Shown here piece by piece: positions 58,489 through 64,000 of a stretch of 64,000 nt of DNA. Each line of letters starts with the position of its first letter. Positions within the stretch are counted from its first letter, which is position 1. Made by a program: the position numbers and the translations under genes. The stretch is from contig JAZKBY010000014.1 of the NCBI GenBank assembly GCA_040388395.1, positions 143,800 to 207,799 on the forward strand, read 5' to 3'. The notes beneath the pieces are model-generated. The model saw nothing but the letters and a program-made list of their open reading frames with translations, had not been told where the DNA came from and did not search any database. Source of the DNA: Bacteroidota bacterium. Its GTDB lineage: Bacteria > Bacteroidota > Bacteroidia > Sphingobacteriales > Sphingobacteriaceae.

Positions 58489-58525
58489 CATTGTAGTGGG
58501 GGTTTTTATATTTAGTAATTATCCC

Positions 58526-58533
58526 TAACTTTG
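58526..58533 (+). promoter_or_regulatory. -7 promoter element ahead of the fluoride riboswitch
   Basis: TAACTTTG matches TAnnTTTG. Confidence 0.65.
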
Positions 58534-58543
58534 GCAACAATCA

Positions 58544-58600
58544 AACGGAAATGGTGTCTTCCGACTTAACCGCCCTAAAAAGCTGATGGCGCCTACAAAA
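58544..58600 (+). ncRNA. Fluoride (crcB) riboswitch
   Basis: cGGAAATGGTGTCTTCCg...AACCGC...GCTGATGGCGCCTAC matches the crcB consensus (P1 GGAA/TTCC, pseudoknot GGTGTC/GGCGCC); lies upstream of a CLC-F gene. Confidence 0.9.
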
Positions 58601-58611
58601 ACTAATTAACC

Positions 58612-58638
58612 CGTAGCCATAGCTACGCTTATTTTTTT
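58612..58638 (+). terminator. Putative riboswitch expression-platform terminator
   Basis: cgtagc-cata-gctacg followed by cttattttttt, before the ATG at 58652. Confidence 0.55.
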
Positions 58639-58651
58639 GTAGGATAATATC

Positions 58652-60034
58652 ATGAAAAACAGATTTTTTAACGCTCCCCAACTACTCACACTAAAGCATT
58701 TAATTAGATGGACAATTATTACTGTACCCATTGCCTTTGCAATTGGCTGTATGGTAACGTTGTTTTTGTGGCTGCTTAACCTGGCTATTGATTATAGGTT
58801 CATCCATCCCGAAATAGTATATGGTTTACCCATTGCCGGTATTGCTATTTATTTCGCCTATAAGTTTTGGGGGGAAGCATCAAATAAGGGCAATAACCTT
58901 ATTATGGACGAGATCCATAACCCCGGCGGTGGCGTTCCCAAAAGCATGGCACCGTTGATATTGATCTCAACCGTTGTTACGCAATTATTTGGTGGCTCGG
59001 TGGGCCGCGAGGGTACGGCTGTGCAAATTGGCGGCAGCCTGGCGCAAATGTTCAGCAAATGGTTTGGTTTAAATGCCGATGATACCCGGGTTATATTAAC
59101 AGCTGGTATTGCAGCCGGCTTTGGGGCTGTGTTTGGTACCCCACTTACAGGCGCCATATTTGCAATGGAGGTTTTAACTATCGGCCGTATCCAGTATACT
59201 GCCTTAATACCCTGCCTCGTAGCTGCCATAGTCGGCGATGTTACCGTTTTGGCGTGGGGGGTACACCACGAAAGTTATCATATAGCTATTGTGCCGGCAG
59301 GACATAATATATTATCGGCCTATTTACCGCTTGATGTGGTTTTATTGGGTAAAGTTATGGTAGCATCTATAGCGTTTGGTTTAACCAGCTACCTGTTTGC
59401 AGAGACCGTGCATGGTGTTAAAACTGTATTTAACAAGCTCATAAAAATTAAATGGCTCATCCCGTTCCTGGGCGGCGTAATAGTAATATTGCTGACCGTA
59501 ATATTAGGCAAGCCCGATTATTTGGGGTTAGGGGTTAAACCGCCACACCCCAATGCCATTACCATATCTTCTGCCTTTAATGCCGGCGGCGCCGATACCT
59601 GGAGCTGGTTATGGAAAACCATTTATACTACTATAACACTTGGTTCGGGCTTTAAGGGCGGCGAAGTAACACCTTTGTTTTATATTGGCGCTACCCTGGG
59701 TAACACCTTATCAGGATTAATGAATGCTCCGGTTAGCCTGTTTGCGGCTTTGGGTTTTATCGCAGTATTTGCAGGGGCAACAAATACGCCGCTCGCAAGT
59801 ACCTTTATGGGGGTAGAACTATTTGGCAGCGAATATGCCCTGTTTTTTGCAGTAGCATGTTTTACCGCCTATTTTTTTAGCGGCGAATCGGGCATTTACA
59901 GTGCACAGCGTATTGCGATACCAAAAATTTTCGATGATAATTCGCAGGCTGAGAGTATAGCCGAAGCCGAGCAGAAAAGGCAGAAATATGTGGGCCGAAG
60001 GCTGGCTAAGTATAAAATCTCTAAACGGAAATAA
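58652..60034 (+). CDS. CLC-F type fluoride/proton antiporter (EriC-F)
   Basis: CLC-F signature motifs GNNLI, GREGT and GEVTP, plus the upstream fluoride riboswitch. Confidence 0.92.
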   Translation: MKNRFFNAPQLLTLKHLIRWTIITVPIAFAIGCMVTLFLWLLNLAIDYRFIHPEIVYGLPIAGIAIYFAYKFWGEASNKGNNLIMDEIHNPGGGVPKSMAPLILISTVVTQLFGGSVGREGTAVQIGGSLAQMFSKWFGLNADDTRVILTAGIAAGFGAVFGTPLTGAIFAMEVLTIGRIQYTALIPCLVAAIVGDVTVLAWGVHHESYHIAIVPAGHNILSAYLPLDVVLLGKVMVASIAFGLTSYLFAETVHGVKTVFNKLIKIKWLIPFLGGVIVILLTVILGKPDYLGLGVKPPHPNAITISSAFNAGGADTWSWLWKTIYTTITLGSGFKGGEVTPLFYIGATLGNTLSGLMNAPVSLFAALGFIAVFAGATNTPLASTFMGVELFGSEYALFFAVACFTAYFFSGESGIYSAQRIAIPKIFDDNSQAESIAEAEQKRQKYVGRRLAKYKISKRK

Positions 60035-60111
60035 AGTGATAATCTGCATTTTACAGCCTTAAGTATCGCCAAAATTTGTTTCTTTGCTACTGTTGTCACA
60101 ATTAAACTGTA

Positions 60112-61227
60112 ATGGGGTCATCTAAACAAATTATCGGCAATATGTTTGCTGCCGGCGGTATTACTATAAACGGCGCTAACCCCTGGGACATACAGGTACA
60201 GAACGAGAAATTGTATGATCGTATTTTAAGCGGTGGCTCAATAGGGTTCGGCGAATCGTACATGGATGGATGGTGGGACTGTGAGCAGCTTGACGATCTG
60301 TTCTTCAGGATCCAATATCATCAGGTTGATAAAATGATCCCCCGCGATTTTACCACACTTATTTATTTCCTTAAATCTAAATACCTTAACCGGCAAACAA
60401 AAGACCGTGCTAAGCAAGTAGGGTATAAACATTACGATATCGGGAATGAGATGTACGGCAAAATGCTGGACAAATGGATGATGTACTCATGTGGGTACTG
60501 GGACACCGCCACAACGTTAGATGAAGCCCAGGAAGCAAAGCTTGACCTGATGTGCCGTAAATTAAAGCTTGAAAAAGGCATGCGACTGTTGGACATTGGT
60601 TGTGGCTTTGGCGGGATGGCACAATACGCTGCCCAAAATTACGGGGTATCGGTAGTAGGGATAACCATATCAGAACAACAAGCCATTATAGCCCGAAAAA
60701 TTAATGAAGGCCTGCCGGTTGAGATAAGGGTACAGGATTACCGCGAACTAAACGAGCAATTTGATCGCATTGTATCCATAGAAATGTTAGAACATGTAGG
60801 TTACCGTAATTATGCAGAATACATGCAGGTAGCTGCCAGGAACTTAACTGATGACGGCATTTTCTTAATTCAGACCATGGCCGGTAACCACGCCACTAAA
60901 ATAACCGATCCATGGATTGATAAATATATTTTCCGTAACGGGATGCTACCATCGGTAAGCCAGTTGGCCACAGCCTGGAAACGTTTATTTATTTTGGAGG
61001 ACCTGCATAACTTCGGCCCGCACTACGACCCTATATTAATGGCCTGGCGCAAAAACTTCGAGGACAGCTGGGAAAGCATTAAACATGATTACGATGAACA
61101 ATTTTACAGGATGATGCGCTATTACTTAAGCTGCAGCGCGGCATCTTTCCGCTCGCGTAAAAACCACGTATGGCATATTGTGTTGGCTAAGAAAAGTAAA
61201 TTAAATAGTTATCAGTCTGTTAGATAG
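60112..61227 (+). CDS. cfa: Cyclopropane fatty acyl phospholipid synthase-like methyltransferase (copy 1)
   Basis: GESYM.GWW, HYDIGN, M.YSCGYW, LDIGCG.GG and DPWI.KYIF motifs. Confidence 0.9.
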   Translation: MGSSKQIIGNMFAAGGITINGANPWDIQVQNEKLYDRILSGGSIGFGESYMDGWWDCEQLDDLFFRIQYHQVDKMIPRDFTTLIYFLKSKYLNRQTKDRAKQVGYKHYDIGNEMYGKMLDKWMMYSCGYWDTATTLDEAQEAKLDLMCRKLKLEKGMRLLDIGCGFGGMAQYAAQNYGVSVVGITISEQQAIIARKINEGLPVEIRVQDYRELNEQFDRIVSIEMLEHVGYRNYAEYMQVAARNLTDDGIFLIQTMAGNHATKITDPWIDKYIFRNGMLPSVSQLATAWKRLFILEDLHNFGPHYDPILMAWRKNFEDSWESIKHDYDEQFYRMMRYYLSCSAASFRSRKNHVWHIVLAKKSKLNSYQSVR

Positions 61228-61352
61228 GGGATAACACACCCGGCATATATCGCCCCCGGATACTTTCATAATTTTAGTCAAAATGTAAAAACATATAGCC
61301 CAAAAGTTTGTTTTCATACGGAATTGCTAAAACAAAAATCCGGAAGGTCTTA

Positions 61353-62468
61353 ATGGCATCATCAAAACAAATTATCACCGATATGTTTGCAGCCGGCGGT
61401 ATTGCTATAAATGGCGATAACCCCTGGGATATGCAGATTCATAATGAAAAATTTTATGACCGCGTTTTAAGCAGCGGCTCTATAGGTTTTGGCGAATCGT
61501 ATATGAGTGGCTGGTGGGATTGTGAAAATCTGGACGATTTATTTTTCAGGATCCAATATTACCGGGTTGATAAAATGATACCGCGGGATCTCAGTACACT
61601 ATTTTACTTTCTTAAATCTACATACCTTAACCGGCAGTCAAAAGCCCGGGCTAAAGAGGTTGCCTATAAACATTACGATATCGGCAATGAACTTTTCAAA
61701 AAAATGCTGGATAATCGGATGATGTACTCGTGCGGGTATTGGGAAACTGCTAAAACATTAGATGAAGCCCAGGAAGCCAAACTCGACCTGATCTGCCGCA
61801 AACTAAAGCTGGAAAAAGGTATGCGTGTGCTGGAAATAGGTTGTGGTTGGGGTGGCTTTGCCAAGTATGCTGCAGAGAACTACGGCGTATCGGTAGTAGG
61901 CATAACCATATCAGAACAACAAGCCATCATAGCCCGGGAAATTAATGAGGGCCTGCCTGTGGAGATAAGGATCCAGGATTACCGGGACGTTAATGAGCAG
62001 TTCGATCGCGTTGTATCTATAGCCATGTTAGAGGCCGTTGGGTACCGTAACTTTAGAAAATACATGGAAGTAGCTGAAAAAAACTTAACCGACGACGGCA
62101 TCTTCTTTATCCATACCATTGGCGGCAACTATCCCGCCAAAACAACCGACCCTTGGATAGATAAATATATTTTTCCTAACGGGATGCTGCCATCTGTAAG
62201 CCAGCTGGCTACCGCCTGGAAAGGCCTGTTTATTTTGGAGGACCTGCATAACTTCGGTCCGTATTATGATCCAACCCTGATGGCCTGGCGCAAAAATTTT
62301 GAGGACAGTTGGGATAGTATTAAAAAAGATTACGACGAAACGTTTTACCGAATGTGGCGCTATTATTTAAGCTGCAGTGCGGCGTCCTTCCGCTCGCGCA
62401 AAAATCATGTATGGCATATTGTGCTAACCAAACCTAAACATTTGGGGGTTTATCAGTCGGTTAGGTAA
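61353..62468 (+). CDS. cfa: Cyclopropane fatty acyl phospholipid synthase (copy 2)
   Basis: Same motifs, including LEIGCGWGG, IHTIG and YIFPNG; likely start MASSKQ at 61353. Confidence 0.92.
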   Translation: MASSKQIITDMFAAGGIAINGDNPWDMQIHNEKFYDRVLSSGSIGFGESYMSGWWDCENLDDLFFRIQYYRVDKMIPRDLSTLFYFLKSTYLNRQSKARAKEVAYKHYDIGNELFKKMLDNRMMYSCGYWETAKTLDEAQEAKLDLICRKLKLEKGMRVLEIGCGWGGFAKYAAENYGVSVVGITISEQQAIIAREINEGLPVEIRIQDYRDVNEQFDRVVSIAMLEAVGYRNFRKYMEVAEKNLTDDGIFFIHTIGGNYPAKTTDPWIDKYIFPNGMLPSVSQLATAWKGLFILEDLHNFGPYYDPTLMAWRKNFEDSWDSIKKDYDETFYRMWRYYLSCSAASFRSRKNHVWHIVLTKPKHLGVYQSVR

Positions 62469-62617
62469 CTATACCAATCGTTACCGTAATTGCTTTTTTA
62501 CACAATACTTATATTTGTTTACTGCAATTATAGAATTGAACCGTAATTTTACCATTCGTGATATTGATCATATATCGCTGATAAACCTGGTGCTATCTTT
62601 ACAAAAACTATTTAACC

Positions 62618-62992
62618 ATGATCTTTATAATTATCAACGTTATTTTCTGCTTATCGTTTTTGGTATTCGCTTATCTTAATTTAAACGATATCGACTGGTA
62701 CTTATGGGTGCCCATATATGTAGCCGTTGCCGCCTGTTGCGGACTGGCTTGTTTTGGCATGTACTACCCCAATGTATACTTAGGCTTAACAGCTTTTTAC
62801 CTGATCTACGCTGTTATCTTGTTTTTTCAGAAAGACGGCGTACGTGACTGGATAATAAAATATAACAAACCAAGCCTGGTTGAAACTATGCAGGCCGAAA
62901 AACCTTTTATTGAAAATACCCGCGAGTTTTTTGGTTTGCTCATCATATCGGCAGCGTTGATCATTGATTATTTTGTGGTGATACATATCTAA
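62618..62992 (+). CDS. Transmembrane-220-like membrane protein
   Basis: FAY.N.ND.D.YLW.P.Y and E..RE.FGL motifs. Confidence 0.75.
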   Translation: MIFIIINVIFCLSFLVFAYLNLNDIDWYLWVPIYVAVAACCGLACFGMYYPNVYLGLTAFYLIYAVILFFQKDGVRDWIIKYNKPSLVETMQAEKPFIENTREFFGLLIISAALIIDYFVVIHI

Positions 62993-62994
62993 TA

Positions 62995-63828
62995 ATGACA
63001 GCTATCAAATCCATAATAAAAGAAATACTGCAAGCTAATACTACTCCCGAAGTATTTGCCTGGCTAGAAGAGGAACGTTCATTAAACAGCACCTTTGCTA
63101 TGCTGCCACGTAAAACGGGCAAGGCTGTTATCAATATCACGCCAGAACAATCACAACAAATACAGCAGGCCGTCCCCGGTTTTTCGGTTGATGGCTGGAC
63201 GATCGACCGTTTGGGCCGCGCTTATTTACTGATGAACCTTGATTCGGCAGATCAGTCACAATATTTCAAGTCGATAGAAAACCTGTTCCTCGCCGCCGAA
63301 ATGGGGGAATTGGTAGCTTTATATTCCACCTTGCCATTATTGGCTTACCCGGAGATCTGGATAAAACGCTGTTCGGAAGGGATTCGCAGTAATATTGGTG
63401 ACGTATTGGCGGCTATTATGTACAACAATCCATACCCGGCAAAATATCTTGACCAGGCAGCCTGGAACCAGTTGATCCTGAAAGCATTTTTTACAGATAA
63501 GGATATCAATAAAATTATAGGTGTGGATGAGCGGACCAATAAGGACCTCGCTTACATCATCAGCGATTACGCGCACGAGCGCTGGGCCGCGGGCCGCGAG
63601 CTTAACCCACTGATGTGGCGCATGGTTGGTCCGTTTATAGACGATAAGCTGTTTGAAGATATTAAGCGTTTATTTGATGATGGCAAGCTTACCGACCGTA
63701 AAGCCGGCGCGCTGGCAATAGCTGCATCAAACTACCCTGCTGCAAAAGCGTTATTAAATAAATACCCCGAGCTGGAAACGGCTATCCAAAATAAGAACTT
63801 AAGCTGGGAGACATTAACCGGCCAATAA
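62995..63828 (+). CDS. eboA: EboA-domain protein
   Basis: W.ID.L.R, E..ALY..LP, EGIRSNI, N.YP..YL...AWNQ..LK.FF and DYAHERWAAGR motifs. Confidence 0.8.
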   Translation: MTAIKSIIKEILQANTTPEVFAWLEEERSLNSTFAMLPRKTGKAVINITPEQSQQIQQAVPGFSVDGWTIDRLGRAYLLMNLDSADQSQYFKSIENLFLAAEMGELVALYSTLPLLAYPEIWIKRCSEGIRSNIGDVLAAIMYNNPYPAKYLDQAAWNQLILKAFFTDKDINKIIGVDERTNKDLAYIISDYAHERWAAGRELNPLMWRMVGPFIDDKLFEDIKRLFDDGKLTDRKAGALAIAASNYPAAKALLNKYPELETAIQNKNLSWETLTGQ

Positions 63829-63841
63829 ATACAGAGAAGAT

Positions 63842-64000
63842 ATGTGTTGTACCCATTCGTTTGATGAAGTAAAGAATGAACCACTTTCGCCGCCGGTTAG
63901 TTTAGACGGTATAAAAGGCATGAAGTTTTTTGATCCGCATGTGCATATGACATCGCGCACCACGGACGATTACCAGGCTATGGCCGATGCCGGTGTTGTG
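63842..64000 (+). CDS. TatD-family hydrolase (EboB-like), 3' end outside the window
   Basis: Manual translation MCCTHSF...MKFFDPHVHMTSRTTDDYQAMADAGVV (DxHxH motif), immediately after eboA. Confidence 0.8.
   Translation, partial: MCCTHSFDEVKNEPLSPPVSLDGIKGMKFFDPHVHMTSRTTDDYQAMADAGVV

Noticed and set aside
1-64000. CRISPR array, tRNA, rRNA, IS transposase or integrase
   Set aside because: No regularly spaced direct repeats with unique spacers, no cloverleaf or rRNA signatures, and no DDE/HUH/tyrosine recombinase ORF seen.

Overview
A 64-kb, mostly core-genome chromosomal window from a Bacteroidota bacterium, most likely Sphingobacteriaceae (Mucilaginibacter-like). This assignment is inferred from TAnnTTTG promoters, A-rich translation starts, a T9SS type-B substrate and the gene content. 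About 52 CDS are supportable, including tilS, amt, lspA-dksA-ileS, recO, icmF, pdhB, lptB, recJ, comA, an MNT-HEPN pair, a Tet(X)-like monooxygenase, tandem S41 peptidases, a fluoride riboswitch with a CLC-F antiporter, tandem cfa genes and the start of an ebo operon. I saw no rRNA, tRNA, CRISPR array or conventional IS. The main finding is in icmF: a 465-bp cassette (26179-26643) with about 35-bp hairpin-containing terminal inverted repeats and a complete DUF559 (Vsr-like) endonuclease domain is inserted exactly in frame. Short nuclease-less doublets with the same end grammar lie at 17971-18056 and 58143-58244, and a sister doublet lies at 56669-56805. Together these suggest an autonomous/non-autonomous mobile palindrome system that can colonise coding sequence without breaking it. 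icmF also carries a second, unrelated in-frame GTAG-type REP palindrome. Other observations include 7/8-mer tandem-inverted micro-repeat elements, an unannotated 59-aa ORF ahead of amt, candidate sRNAs and operators, a duplication-breakpoint relic, and active-site divergence between the two cfa paralogs.
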